Shown: positions 1 through 14,260, numbered from the stretch's first letter. The stretch: DNA of 64,000 nucleotides from Octopus sinensis (GCF_006345805.1 NW_021833279.1:13142-77141); one strand, 5' to 3'. Notes: generated by a model not told the origin, from the letters alone. Translations and numbers: made by a program.

Positions 1-284
1 CGAACACACAGGCGCACACACCTAAGCATACATATATATACATATACGCATATTGGTATATTAATATACATATATATGTATATCTAAACATACATATATA
101 TGAATATATTAGTGCGTGAACATATTAGATATATATATACAACAATATAGCTGTGTGTATCTATCACTGTCATCTCTCTCTCTGTCTATCTCTCTCTCTC
201 TCTCTCTCCATTTATCTATATATATATATATATTGTGTGTGTTGGTGTTGTGTCTGTGTGTGTGTGTTTGTATATAAATATATT

Positions 285-480
285 CTTTTATAACCCGTTT
301 CAGTCATTTGACTGCGGCCATAAGAGAGCACAGCGTTTATAGAACAAGTGACTTCAGGATTCTTCTTTGTAAGCCTATTGCTCATTCTATCGTTATCTCT
401 ACCCGAACCGCTATGTAACGGGACGTAAATACACCGACATCAGTTGAGAATCGATAGTGGTGCGACAATAACAGACACAT
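285..480 (-). mobile_element. SINE family 1, 3' half (unit A)
   Basis: Reverse complement matches ~18270-18460. Confidence 0.7.
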
Positions 481-611
481 ATCTAAAACATAGATACATA
501 CAAACTATGTGTGCTATACACACAACAACACCCATACATCTATATATATATATATATACTATCATATATACAGCACCATATTAGTTACGTATGTATGTAC
601 ATACATACTCT

Positions 612-633
612 TCTATCAATCTATTTATCTACA

Positions 634-707
<74 letters not shown>

Positions 708-732
708 TTATCTATCTTTCTATCTCTATCTT

Positions 733-807
<75 letters not shown>

Positions 808-825
808 ATATATATATATATACAT
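612..825. repeat. (TATC)n/(TA)n microsatellite (homologues ~11810-11970, ~37680-37900, ~50025-50180)
   Basis: Direct inspection. Confidence 0.95.
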
Positions 826-1515
826 CATAAACACACATCCCAAGTTAACACAAAAAGGGTGGAATTGTACTCCTGTCCGATCGCTCTTTCACCGACTATC
901 CCTGGAGAGGGAAATAAGTGCGAATGAAAAAAATCTAATGGTGTTCTAGCATGCCCATGCCCTGTCGCTGCAACGTTTAGCCCTATTAATATTAGTGTGA
1001 AGTATTATATCTAGATGTACACTTACACACACGCAACAGAAACGGACACATACAAACACACACACACACACACATAGGAATACGTAATATTTTCACACAT
1101 TTATCTATTTCTCTCCATCAGGAACGGAGTGGAGGCGAGTTTTTTTTGAATCTTTTCTTTTCCACTGGAAATAAAACGTGCGAGTGCCAATGTAGATCGG
1201 TGAATTTCGTAATGTTTGACTGTAATTCACGTTGGTTTTTATATATGACAATATGTAAGAACGAATGTAAATACATCACACAAGACAACGGACAAACCAC
1301 CGCCCAATAAACACAAACACACACACATACGCACGCACACAGACACACGTGCTCAATTGTACACGAAGAACCACACTATACAGTGTATGTCCCCTCACAT
1401 ATATGTGTGCGTTTGTGTGTGTATGCGTATAAGTAGATACGTATATGTGCTATTTATGGTGTGTATGCTTGAGTATACGTGTATACCTATACATTGATAT
1501 GTTTTATATATATAT

Positions 1516-1559
<44 letters not shown>

Positions 1560-1570
1560 ATGTGTCCGTA

Positions 1571-1860
1571 TGGAGGCGTATGTGCCCCAGTGTTTAGGGC
1601 ATCGGACTCACGGTTGTAGGATCTCGGTTTCGATTCCCAGATTGGGCGTTGTGGTGTGTTTTAAAGCTCCACGTGTCTCAGAAGTGGGTTGTTGTGATCT
1701 CTGCTGTACTCTTTCGCTACAACACTTTCTCCCTTTCTTCTGTTGGCCTTCTCGCTTAACCAGCGGGTGGCGTCATTTGAAGGCTAAAACAACGCGAAGC
1801 GCATTGTGACTGGCGATGTGTAGCAACAACTGATAGCCTGGTCTGTGACGGTCATCACAG
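1571..1860 (+). mobile_element. tRNA-head SINE family 2 (unit A)
   Basis: Degenerate A-box, B-box GGTTTCGATTCCC, body collinear with 38618-38898. Confidence 0.65.
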
Positions 1861-2089
1861 AGATGATTTTGATTTTGATTTGATTTTTCCAGTTTCAGCT
1901 AATGAGCTGTGGCCATGCTGGGGCAACCGCCATATCATACACACACAATACACGCACACACACACGCATCCACACGTACTTTGAATTAGTTCCACATTAC
2001 TATCCATATGTCCAAAATAATAAATACTAAGACACTTGCCTGAATTTATTTCAAACTATTTGTACTTTACAATAATTTCGTGAATAAAT

Positions 2090-3900
2090 GCTTTTATATA
2101 CTATGGCCATTTATTGTGTCTATATGAGTATATTGCAGTGCTACGTCGATAATTGTACCAAGAACTCTTCATCTGAGAATCAAATGCCCGAGCTGGCGCT
2201 TCACTGCGTTTATATCTACAATTCAGCAGTCTGTTCACTCTTGTGATTCCAATCGTTCGTGAATAGAGACCCGAAATAATGATGTTCCACTTTCCTACAC
2301 AGTGCGTATTTGTCAATCCTGCCTTTGTGTACTCGGCAGCCAACCCATTCAATGCACGTTGTTAGTGACCATCAGACGAATCAGGTAGCAGCATGTCGTC
2401 TACAATAACAGTCGACCGATCACGTAGAGATGAATGGGGATACCTCTACCACAATGGCTGCGCATATTCAACCAATCACAAAAAAGAATGTGAGAAGGAG
2501 CACTAACAATGCACACTTCAACTAGTGAAACCTTCTCGTTGAAAATTTTACTTTTACATAAATACAATCATTTGAACATCCATATAAGTACTTATGGCAA
2601 CCATTAAATTCACCTTCCTGGTAAACCATCCGTAACATGCCCCAGGCACGTGATCGTGTGCATTTTCGTGGTTTACAGCGAATAAATCTTGGAAATGCTT
2701 CAACGATTTCTTGAAGATCTGTCTTTGAACGACTATGTGGTCGGGTGTAATCTTGGGCGCGACAATTTCCCTAAATATCTTTTCCTGTCATCTAGTGTAG
2801 AATTTTCTATAATTAGAACACGCTACTTGGTCTCTGTTTGAAAAATTGTGATTATCACACCATATTACCATTGCCTTGGTGTTTTTTGAAGAGGTCCCAT
2901 CAACCTAGCGTACATGGGTCACTCACAGATTACCATCTGTATTCAAGGTTTCTAAAATATCAAGCCGAGCGTGCTTTTCACCAGCAGCTTTATCACTTTT
3001 AAGTGAGTTTAGCTCAAATAAGCCTTCAACCGAAGAAGAACCTGACGGAAATAATAATACAATCACGAATCCATTTCGATGTCGAACTTCATTCAGGCGG
3101 GTCACTCTCAATTTGGATGCAAAAGTCTCCGCATTTTTGTTTCTGATCCCAGCATCCACTGCGGCTTCCAACTGTATTCTGTAGGTCGCACTGGACTTAC
3201 CAATTTCCAGTGTTCGGCAGACCGTAGAAATTTTCAGGTTTTCAGATATGTAGGTAGTGCGAGTTGACAACTCCACCCCTTCCTTTTACCCGAACGTTCA
3301 GCAAAGAGTGAAAGATGACCGAACACTATCAGAAACCTCTGTCACCAAGTATTTCTATACAGGCACCTTTAAATATCCCTGTCTTAAAATAATATCTATA
3401 CCATAGAGAGGAGATGTGTATCCGGCCAGAAGGCTGCTATGACCTCTCCATTAAGTTCACTGACGAACTCCCTCCAATCAATCCTTCTCACGGTTATCAG
3501 TGCCAATGTGTGCACTGCAGTCTCATTGCAGGACAAATGACTTTACCCCAAATATTTCTAAAGATGAGTTGAATTTGCTTAGGAAGGATTTGTATTTGAC
3601 CTCGCTGTTTGCTGCATATCCTTACAGCAGCCACAGTTGTCCTTTATATTCAGCCTTAGTTTCAAGAGGTGAACCCTCACACCTAGTAGGTTTCACTCCA
3701 TAATACAATCGGAAAGCTGGGGATTGAGAGTATCCTAATCCCACCTGTGCAGACATTGTTGGCACCACAGTTGCGTAGTGGGGTTTCAAGCCTATATCCA
3801 AGTGTACGCTATAGGAGAAACGAAATTTTATAGAGGAGACACCGATTATATCTTACAGGCAGATTACATCTAACAATGTTGAAGTTTTAATTCTCAATTA
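2090..3900 (-). mobile_element. Decayed RTE-clade LINE (AP endonuclease + RT) in intron 2, unit A
   Basis: Minus-strand translations give KSDKAAGEKHARLDILETLNTDG and a MSAQVGLG endonuclease segment; collinear with the copies in B-E that show LLFVDDMLL. Many stops and frameshifts. Confidence 0.8.
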
Positions 3901-4847
3901 TTAAAGGTTCCCTTCTTGATCTGCTTTGGTTTCCTGAGACCGTCAATGTTGTGCTCCCACCCCACACACCCCAGTTAAAGTTTTAGGATTCTTGCTGGTT
4001 GCACCGGTGTTGCGTGTGTTGTGCTATACATTTATCGAACGGACTCCTCTACTCGAGATCCGGATGCGATGTCTTTTAACTAAATCGACAAATGATGCGG
4101 TATGGTTGTTATTTTCATATTGTAGTTATGATGGCCTTATTTGCGCCGAGCTCCAAACTGATATTTGTATTGACCGATGAATATTCGCACCTGGCGAATA
4201 TTTATCATTATACTATTGAGTTTTTATCATTATTCTATTGAGTTTTTATCATTATTCTATTGAGAAGTATATATACTCATACCCAAGTTACGTATCATAC
4301 ATACATCCGTTCATAGCGGGACCGATACCCATTCTGAATATTCTGAGATTAATCTCTCAATCTTTGACATCAACGTCACCAACAGTTCAACAACAAATGT
4401 CTCTTTTTCTTTCTTTACAATTTATTCTTATTATTTACATCTTTCGTTCTGACTTTCATTCATTCACTCGTTCTTTCTTAAATTCTATATTTCTCTCTTT
4501 CCATCATTCCTTCCCATCCACATCCTACTTTGTAATGATCCCCCAATTCTTGCTTTTAAACTAAATTATATTCATTTTAATTTCGCAGAACCGGTCTCGA
4601 TCATTGTATACCCGGTGGGCAGAACAACTTGTTCCTCCTCATTCAACCTTTATATGACGGTTAGTATACTTTATATTTCTGACCTCTCATTCTCTTTTTG
4701 TTTTTCTCTTGTTCTCTTTTTATACCTCTCATTCTCACATTTTGTTACCTCTCTTTCTCTCTCACCCTCTCTCTCTCACGCACATGCACACACACTCACC
4801 CGTTGTCGGGTTGTCCGACATAAACATTCTCAAATCCTCTTATGATA

Positions 4848-6137
4848 CGAGGGCCGTTCAATAAGTAATACACCTGACCCACTTCCCTTAGTAGTAGAGC
4901 AACGAAATTTGGCACAGTTATTAGTCTTTTTCTACATAAAAACCACCCAGAGTTACGCAGTTCTCCCACCGTTTGACGCAGCTCTGGAGACCGTTTTTGT
5001 AGAAGATCCCAGCTTGGTCCTCCAACCACGATGTGACTTCAGAAATCAAAGCTGCATCATCTGGGAACGCTTTTTCCTTTCAAAACAACTTCATGACTGG
5101 GAAGAGGGAAAATCAGAGATCAATGTCAGGAGAGTAGGGGGATGGGGAGAGAGTTCATAGCGATGCCTGTGGTTGTCTGATTTTGGTGACACGCGAGTTT
5201 TGACCGGAGCGTTGTCCTGCAGCAGGAGGATACCTTTGTTGAACTTGCCGCCCTCTTGATTTTGAATAGCTTCTCTTAAATTTCCTCAAAATGAACGCAT
5301 AATAGGCTCCTGTAATTGTGGTACCCTTTGCCAAGGAAATCTGTCATCACTACTCCGTCCTGGTCCCAGAAGACTGTGAGCGGGACCTTACCAGCGGAGG
5401 GCTGCACCCTTGCCTTCTTTGGAGGAGGTGAGTCACGGTGCTTTCACTGCATTGACTGGGCTTTGGTCTCGTTTCATAGTGATGGACCCAGTTTTCATCC
5501 TCCTTGTAATCAGACTTTGAAAATTTTGACTCATCTTCTTGGCACATCTCCAAATTCATCTTCGAGCACTCGACCGTTCTTGCGTCTGGAAAGATGTGAG
5601 CAACCCTGGGAATCCATTTGGCAGACACCTTTTGCATATGCAGAAGGTCATGAATGATAGTTTCCACAGACCCGGTATTAATCTTGACCTCATGGCTATT
5701 TGGCGAATAGTTATGCGTCGATCTTCCAAATGCACGGCCTCAACTTGACGGACAGATGCCTCATCAATGGCAGAAGGTGTGACCATCTGAGAGCTGTTTC
5801 CACACAGAGTTCACGACCATGTTTGAATTCATTATGCAGCGTTTTACAAGGTCATATGATGGGGGCATCATCACCATAAGTTACTTTCATTTCATCAAAA
5901 GTCTTCCGTGGTGTGCGTTCCTTTTCACATACAAAAACCGGATCACTGCTCGCCACTCAACAGGCTCCATTTCACACTTGACTCAGTTCAAACACGTGTA
6001 ATCAAAACCACAATTATTTCAGAGCTGTTAATTTTGCCACTTACTCTATAGAGATATAAGTGATTGCACATGCAAAATTTCAGCTAGATCAAACAAATGC
6101 AAGTAGGTCAGAGGCATTACTTATTGAACGTCCCTCG
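4848..6137 (-). mobile_element. Full-length but defective mariner (Tc1/mariner) DNA transposon in intron 3 of copy A
   Basis: TIRs CGAGGGCCGTTCAATAAGTAA / TTACTTATTGAACGTCCCTCG and TA duplication (4846-47, 6138-39). The empty site TATGATATGTCACG is present in unit C. Frameshifted transposase (KVSAKWIPR, DENWVHHY). Confidence 0.93.
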
Positions 6138-7359
6138 TATGTCACGTTTCAAACGACAATACCTGTAGACTATACAGACACTACACAAGACTGCTCACTC
6201 CTTTGTAAGTATTTGGTCAAATCAGAATATTATATGTTGTCTACTACGGACCAATTGAAAAGGAGGTTGTCTAACCACGGAATATAGATATCTCTACGTT
6301 AAATTACAGATCGGGGCTGGACTGAAACGACATGGCGATCAAGAATTTTAGGCTGACCAGCTTTGGATTGTAGATATCAATTACCGAGCTGCTAACTGGT
6401 GATCAATTGTACTGGCTACGGATGGTGGTATTGTACTTGAGTGACCAGAGCTGAAATGTGGCCACTTGCTATCATTAACTAGGTGCCCAGTGATCGTAGG
6501 TGTGGGCTAAATGAATAGAGTCTAATAGAATTTATGACAGAGACTGTAAATGGTTAATGGAATGAACGCACAATGTACAATGAGACTGGACAAGCTACCT
6601 ACTGTAACTGATGAAAAAGCTAAGGACTGTATTCATTAAGTAAAATATAGAGAGACTAATATTAGTGAGAGAACACAACCGAGTACAGAATGCACTTCTA
6701 TTCTTCTCCGCCTCACACCGAAATCGTCCTATCGCTAAAACCTTGCTCTTTTCATGCACCACATCACCTTCATTAATTATCCTTATATCGGGAATTCCGA
6801 AACTTCCAATTAAAACTGCTGCTCAACCTCTTCCCCAATCAACCTCACAATCCCTAAAAATGCTCTGAATCTGCTCTCTATAAACCCTACACGTATCCTT
6901 TATCGGTCGCCCACTCCGCCGTCCATTCATCTTAAGCACTACGCCATTACTGAACCTCACAATTTTTCCTCCCACCTCGTTTCTGTGTATTGCATGAAAT
7001 AACGTCTGTGTGATCATAACGTCTATGTAAGCCTGATTCGTCCGAGTCTAAACGAGAGGTTTAGCCACTGACTCTTGTATGATCGACTGAACAATATTTC
7101 ATCGACGGTTACCCACCACTTCTCTGCATCTCGTCGTCTCCCGTATTGTCCTACTCAAGTCACCAACAATTTCCACCACCCTAAATATCCCCGTTCACAC
7201 GTGAATATCTTTACCATTTCGGATAAACACATGAGTGCATGCTTATAAATCTTCTCTTCTTTTTCTCCATCTATTGACATCCACCGAAAAAAACACCTAC
7301 CCCATGCAAACATAAATAATAATCCACCACGCAACCCACAAATACTTACTCGTATACAC

Positions 7360-7403
<44 letters not shown>

Positions 7404-7686
7404 ATAAATGGAGTTGCATGAAACAAACGTACCGGCATTACTTCTGGATATACTTGTTGCTTATTACGATATATATATATATATATGATGAGAAGGTAAA
7501 TGTACAGCTGCGATTCAGCACACACCAGCTTACACTTACATAAACACTATCATATATACACCACAATTCGTCACACGTTATTAAACATGACTTCCTTTAA
7601 TGACAAATTGTAATGAATGTATCCGTTATTTCATATATAATTTTGCTTAATATGTTTTTTACTTGATTTATTCTTACCAATTCTAG

Positions 7687-8174
7687 GTGTGGTTGGTGGA
7701 CAACATTATACCCAAACTGGAGGCGGAAGTAATCTCTTGTGTCTACCTAACGACCCCATTTGGGCCAATTATACGACAGAAGTTGAAAAAGGTGGTTACA
7801 TTTATGGCAGTGAATATCAATTAGATTTATACCCAACTAATAAACTCTTTTCTTTTGCTAACGCTGAATCAATTCATGACCACAACATTCCGTGCGCTGT
7901 CTGTTTGACACGACAACCTGCTGTTGTTATGATGTTACCAGCCAGAACAAAGTGTTACGCTGGTTGGACAGCTGAGTATTCGGGATATTTGATGACCGAG
8001 CATAACGGACATAAGAGCAGACTTGAATATGTGTGTGTGGATTATGCACCAGAAGCTGATCCAGCAGGTTACAGAAACGAAGACGGAGCTGTATTATATT
8101 TCGTTCAGGCTGCTTGTGGTTCATTGCCATGTCCACCGTATGTCAATGGTCGAGAATTAACCTGCGTTGTGTAG
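7687..8174 (+). CDS. Exon 4, copy A: short-chain collagen C4-like C-terminal domain
   Basis: Acceptor ttctag|GT GTG GTT GGT GGA. Family motifs [71 protein letters not shown] follows the stop. Confidence 0.85.
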
Positions 8175-9844
8175 TAAATACTGAATAAAATTACATTCGT
8201 TTCTATATGAAAATTTATGTTTGCGAATTATAAAAATATATATATAAAGCAACATATACGTTTCTTGTAATTGTGTTTCGCAATATTTTATCCGACTATA
8301 TATGTCGTAAATAAATTGCTGCTACAAGTTTTCAGAAATATTCAAAACGAAACAACAGAGACGTCATAGAATGTGACAATAGTTTAAGAGAACGATGTAA
8401 TCCCCAGGGAATGATTCTAAATACATTGTATGAGGTTCAGTTTATCCAAATTTAAATACTGAATAAAAATGATGATTCGTTTAAATGTGTGTTGTATCCG
8501 TCTTAAATGAAACAAACCCCAAATGAAACACCTCAGTACAATATATCACCCTTTCATGATCAATCTTCAAAAAACACGGTAAAAGCTTATAACTAACATC
8601 ACTAAATCATGATGGGTTAATAAAAAAATACTCCCATACGTATCATTGTAACTACAATCGATGCGATGAAATCTCTGCAATCCAATTGCGAATATTACCA
8701 AATAAAGGATATTTGATATCCACTGAAGAAATACCACAAAATGTTGACTATCTAACTACTAGTCAGGTACTAACACATTGAAGTTTTCACGAAACTTTCG
8801 ACAAGAGTACAAGTACATGTCCCACACGATTAACTATTTTCAACCTACATTCACATCTTCCCGCTTTCTTCTACAAAATCACACACACACACACCCTCGC
8901 GTCACATTACACACGCAGCCTCTCATCGTTTTCCTGAAAACTGATGTGCCAAAATAAAATATGAAACCACCAAGAATATGAGTAGACTTCAGAACAGAAT
9001 CAACCGAATCTACAGCAACACCCCACAAAACATCAAGTTCAACAAATTATCTCCGTCTGTAACATAAACTATCAAACTCGCAGAAGAGGAACTTGCTTCC
9101 GAGATACATGCATACAATAACTGTAACACACATAACACTTAGTAAGGAAAGGAAGACGACTTATAAAATATACATTAGGTGGAATCAGTGCAACATGTTG
9201 AGTCTTTCACACTCTACCCAGCATGATTGCTCCTTGTATGTGGGAGTTTGTAGAATGGCTGCCAGATAAACGAAGGTATCCGTGGAAAGAGGGATCTGTG
9301 GGTGGCAGCAGCGTTTTGTCCGATTAATTGCGTGCCATAAGAATGCTCGATTGTGAAAGGCTAGAGAAAAAGAATAATAATTAAGTAATATGAAAGCACG
9401 AAATGCAAACTGACATGAATATATGGAAACATTCACATGGCGTTTCCAGTGAACAGTATTAGCGCTCAGTATTAGGCATAGCAATTTTTAGTTCGTTAAA
9501 ATGTGCGCTAATGGCATATTTCAAACTCTAAGGCAAATTCAGTGCAAAAAGCTACAAATAGAGCATATTAGTGCAGTGCTGCTCCCTATCGGGTTCCAGT
9601 TCAGCCGTTATCAAAAGAAAATACCGAAGAGGGGAATATCTGGACAAACTTAAGGCCATAGCTTTAACTTAAACATAGTCAACAACAACGAGTAAGTTAG
9701 GCCATTAGAGCGCCAGGCTGGAGTCTGTCGTGAGTTACCTCCCTTCGGTATTTCTCTTTCATAAATTCTTCGCTAGAGGAGTTGACTTCAACCTTGTGCC
9801 CCAACAGTAACTGTGGTCGCTCGTACGTTCCCGCATTTTCCCGC

Positions 9845-10415
9845 ATGTGTGTGTGTGTGTGTCAGTATTGTGTGTGTGTGTGTGTGTGTTTGTATAATTG
9901 TGTGTGTGTATGTGTCAGTGTGTGTGTGTGTCAGTGTATGTGTGTGTGTGTGTCAGTGTATGTGTGTGTGTCAGTGTCTGTGTGTGTGTGTCTGTGTGTT
10001 TATGTTTGTATGCTTGAATGTGTGTCTGTGTGTGTCAGTGTGCGTTTGTCAGTTTGTGTGTGTGTCAGTGTGTGTGTGCGTGTTTCTGTGTGTGTGTGTG
10101 TGTGTGTGTGTGGTGTCAGTGAGTGTTCGTGTGTCAGTGTGTGTGTGTTTGTGTGTGTGTGTCAGTTTTGTATGTGTGTATTTGTGTGTGCGTTTCAGTT
10201 TGTGTGTGTGTGTATATGTGTTTGTGTGTGTCAGTGTGTGTGTGTGTATGTATGTCAGTGTGTACGTGTGTATGAGTGTCAGTGTGTGTGTGTGTGTGTT
10301 TGAGTCAGGGTGTGTATGTGTGTGTGAGTGTGGTGTGTGTGTGTGTTAGTGTTTGTGTGTGTGTCAGAGTGTGTGTGTGTCAGTGTGTGTGTTTGTCAGT
10401 GTGTGTGTGTGTTTC
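9845..10415. repeat. (TG)n tract punctuated by TCAG (homologues ~24950-25495, ~35150-35770, ~47230-47985)
   Basis: Direct inspection; lies at the unit boundary. Confidence 0.95.
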
Positions 10416-11496
10416 TGTGGATTCGTCTGTTGAACGAAATACTTCCCACACTGAATATTAAAACAGTTTCCCAATAATAACAAATAAAATTAAATAACAA
10501 CATTAGTAATTAAATATATCTTAATATATCCAGAAACAGGAATCATTTCACTTTACACGTGTCTCTCATTCATCAAAATATTTTGCTAATTATTGTGTGA
10601 CAATATCAAACCATCTCTTTCCAATAATTAAACCTGTCAGATAAGTTCACACCCACTTTTACAGTTCCACCAATCGCATGGGTTCATAAATTTACGATAA
10701 GATCTCTGCCAGAGCTGGGTTGTTGTGCGCTCAATAAATACGTGGAATTCAGTTACAGGTCTTCAGCTTAAACCTCGCATCTCGATCTTTTGTTGAAGTC
10801 ACACGAAGTATCACGTACGACCGACAACTGTCACCAGAATGGATTTCGCACAACTGTCCAGGAATATTTCGCAGCGTTATTCCATTTCTTCTCTCATAGC
10901 TTTTGGGGTTCTTCTCGTTCTGACGATCGTGATTCTTCATCAAGATTCAAGAATAGGAAAATGGAAGAGAAATCAAAAACCGTCAGTCATGGATTTTGTG
11001 TTATATATGTATGTCTTATGTATTTATATATGTATGTATGCATGTATGTTGTTTATGCATTTTACGTATGTATGTATTAATATGTATGGATGTATGTACG
11101 AACTGATGGATGGATGGATGTAAGGATGTATGCATGAATCACGTACATATGTCCCTATGGCACACACACACACACATAAGATCATACACGTAATCACACA
11201 CGAACACACAGGCGCACACACCTAAACATACATATATATACATATACGCATATTTGTATATATAATATACATATAAATGTATATATAAATATACATATAT
11301 ATGAATATATTAGTGCGTGAACATATATAGATATATATATACAAACACATATATGCGTGTGTGTATCTATCTCTCTCTCTCTCTCTCTGTCTATCTCTCT
11401 CTCTCTCTCTCTCTATTTATCTATATATATATGTAGGGTGTGTGTGTGTGGTGTGTGTGTGTGTTGTGTGTGTGTTGTGTTTGTTTATTAAATATT

Positions 11497-11690
11497 CTTT
11501 TACCCGTTTCAGTCATTTGACTGCGGCCATGCTAGAGCACTGCGTTTAGTAGGACAAGTCGAATTCAGGAATTATTCTTTGTAAGCCTATTGCTCATTCT
11601 ATCGTCATCTCTACCCGAACCGCTATGTAACGGGGACGTAAACACACCGACATCAGTTGAGAATCGATAGTGGTGCGACCATAACAGACA
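11497..11690 (-). mobile_element. SINE family 1, 3' half (unit B)
   Basis: Reverse complement matches ~18270-18460; head missing, as in unit A. Confidence 0.7.
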
Positions 11691-11838
11691 CATACATAAA
11701 ACATAGATACATACACACTATGTGTGCTATACACACACATACATCTATATATATATGTACATATCATATATACATACACACATATATAGTTACGTATGTA
11801 TGTACATACATATCTATCTATCAATCTATTTATCTACA

Positions 11839-11913
<75 letters not shown>

Positions 11914-11935
11914 ATATCTATCTATCTATATATCT

Positions 11936-11982
<47 letters not shown>

Positions 11983-12914
11983 ATATGGTATATATATATA
12001 TATATATCTATATATACATATGTATACACACATCCCAATTAAACACAAAGAAGAGTGGAATTGTACTCCTGTCCGATCGCTCTTTCACCAGACATATTCC
12101 TGGAGAGGGAAATAAGTGCGTAATGAAAAAAATCTAATGGTGGGGTTCCAGCATGGCCATGCCCTGTCGCTGCAACGTTTAGCCCTATTAATATTAGTGT
12201 TAAGTATTATATCAAGATGTACACTTGCGCACACGCACAGAAACAGACACATACAAACACACACACACGCACACATAGGAATACGTACATATTTACACAC
12301 ATTTATCTATTTCTCTCCTCAGGAACGAAGTGTGAGGCGAGTTTTTTTGAATCTTTTCTTTCCAACTGAAAATAAAACGTGCGAGTGCCAATGTAGATCG
12401 GTGAATTTCGTAATGTTTGACTGTAATTCACGTTGGTTTTTATATATATGACAATATGTAAGAACGAATGTAAATACATACACACAGACACACGGACAAA
12501 CACACGCCCAAATAAACACAAACACACACACATACGCACGCACACAGACACACGTGCTCAATTGTACACGAACAATCACACTATACAGTGTATGTCCACT
12601 CACATATATGTGTGCGTTTGTGTGTGTATGCGTATAAGTAGATACGTCTATTTGTGATATTTATGTGTGTGTATGCTCAGTATACGTCCCTACGTAATAT
12701 TGATATGTATTTTAATATATATATATTATATTAATAATAATATATATGTGTGTTGTGTGTGTGTGTGGCTGTATATGTGGTGTGTGTTTTGTGTGGTGTG
12801 TTGTGTTTGTGTGTGTCTGTGTGTGTGTGTGTGTGTGTGTATAGCACCCTTCTTTCAGTCTCAATCTACCAAATCTACTGACATGGCTCTGGTGTGTGTG
12901 TGTGTGTGTTGTGT

Positions 12915-13220
12915 GTCGAAGCGCAGTGGCCCAGTGGTTAGTGCAGCGGAGTCACGGTTGTAGGATCGCGATTTCGATTCACAGACTGGTTGTTGTGATT
13001 GTTTATTGAGCAAAAACACCTAAAGCTCCACGAGGCTCAGGGAGTGGGTTGTGTTGATCACTGCTGTACTCTTTCGCTACAACTTTCTCCCTTTCTTCTG
13101 TTGGCCTGCTCGCTTAATCTGCGGGGTGGCGTCATTTGAATGCTAAAACAATGCGAAGCGCATTGTGACCAGCGATGTATAGCAACAACTGATAGCCTGG
13201 TCGGTCACGGTGATCACGGA
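12915..13220 (+). mobile_element. tRNA-head SINE family 2 (unit B)
   Basis: A-box TGGCCCAGTGG, B-box-like ATTTCGATTC. Confidence 0.7.
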
Positions 13221-13229
13221 GATATATAT

Positions 13230-13684
13230 ACGTATCATACGCACACAACACACACACATACACACGTACATACACACACACCAGCACAGATGCCCTCATC
13301 TACCCCCAACAAACAATACTCATACTGATACGCACGCACTTATACACAAATGGGCACAGACACACTCGCAAATACACGCACTTAAGCGCACACACGCACA
13401 CAAGCATACGCACGCACACGCATGCACAAATTCACATGCACACCGATACATATACATACACACAACATATGCCTACACGCGCAGACACACATACACATAC
13501 GTATATACACACAGACACACACACACACGCACGAAAAAAGATGCGCACACATACGCACGCACACACGCATATTAATTCACATACCCAAAACTCACAACCC
13601 CACGGATACACGTATATACACCCATATACGCTTACACACACACATACAAGCGCACACGTACATGCACATAAGAAACACGCGCGC

Positions 13685-13715
<31 letters not shown>

Positions 13716-14107
13716 AATGAACCCACACATACATCCCATACACACGGCACACAATTATACATACACGCACACAATTATACATACATGTATACACACATAA
13801 GCACGTACAAGCACACACGCACACATACCCTAATTACAGCAGTTATTCGCCACACACCTTAACTCTACGCCTACACACACGAACACACACATACGTACAC
13901 ACACACACACACAATACAAACAAAACACACACATGATACATATACATACGCGCGCACACACACATACTTCAAACTAGCAGTACCTACTACTTGACCTGGG
14001 GTAGAGACAAAAGGAGCCACGCCCAATTCCTTCTTCATTGACCTTAACACTACTAGCCCTACACCACGCAAAAATTAACAGCCACAACCACACACACATA
14101 CACACAC

Positions 14108-14150
<43 letters not shown>

Positions 14151-14260
14151 TGAACTTTGCACACATACACAGAGACACACACACGCACACGCAGACCTCT
14201 GCGTCCGCACATATCCACACTTACACACACATTCCTCCTCCTCTACTACTCTCCTGTCTT
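13230..14260. repeat. CA-rich low-complexity tract of intron 1 (homologues ~25590-26090, ~38900-39850, ~51180-52165)
   Basis: Direct inspection. Confidence 0.9.

Larger units (their letters stand above)
4589..8174 (+). pseudogene. Copy A of spongin short-chain collagen C-terminal (NC1-like) domain gene; exon 3 4589-4659, exon 4 7687-8174
   Basis: Exon 3 is 71 nt against 75 nt in intact copies (several indels). Exon 2 is deleted in this unit and exon 1 lies outside the window. Exon 4 is open, but a 2-nt deletion gives GTG TAG and loses the terminal CSKY. Confidence 0.8.

Noticed and set aside
7927-8136. Antisense [12 protein letters not shown]... repeated in four units
   Set aside because: Shadow frame of the conserved exon 4 on the opposite strand.
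10790-10981. Alternative open frame of exon 1 ([34 protein letters not shown])
   Set aside because: It is open in B and D, but it has no ATG upstream in B. In D and E the hydrophobic frame is the one continuous with KMEEKSK, so it is treated as a by-product of indels.
12137-12340. Signal-peptide-like [34 protein letters not shown] in intron 1 as an alternative first exon
   Set aside because: Units A, D and E have TAG at the fifth codon (TTC TAG), the frame runs into CA microsatellite and there is no consistent donor site.
12915-13000. tRNA gene at the SINE heads
   Set aside because: A and B boxes are present, but no complete cloverleaf forms and each head continues into a SINE body.
13972-14005. 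ACTAGCAGTAC... as a second Helitron 3' end, present in B-E
   Set aside because: CTAG is present, but there is no convincing subterminal hairpin or associated coding remnant.
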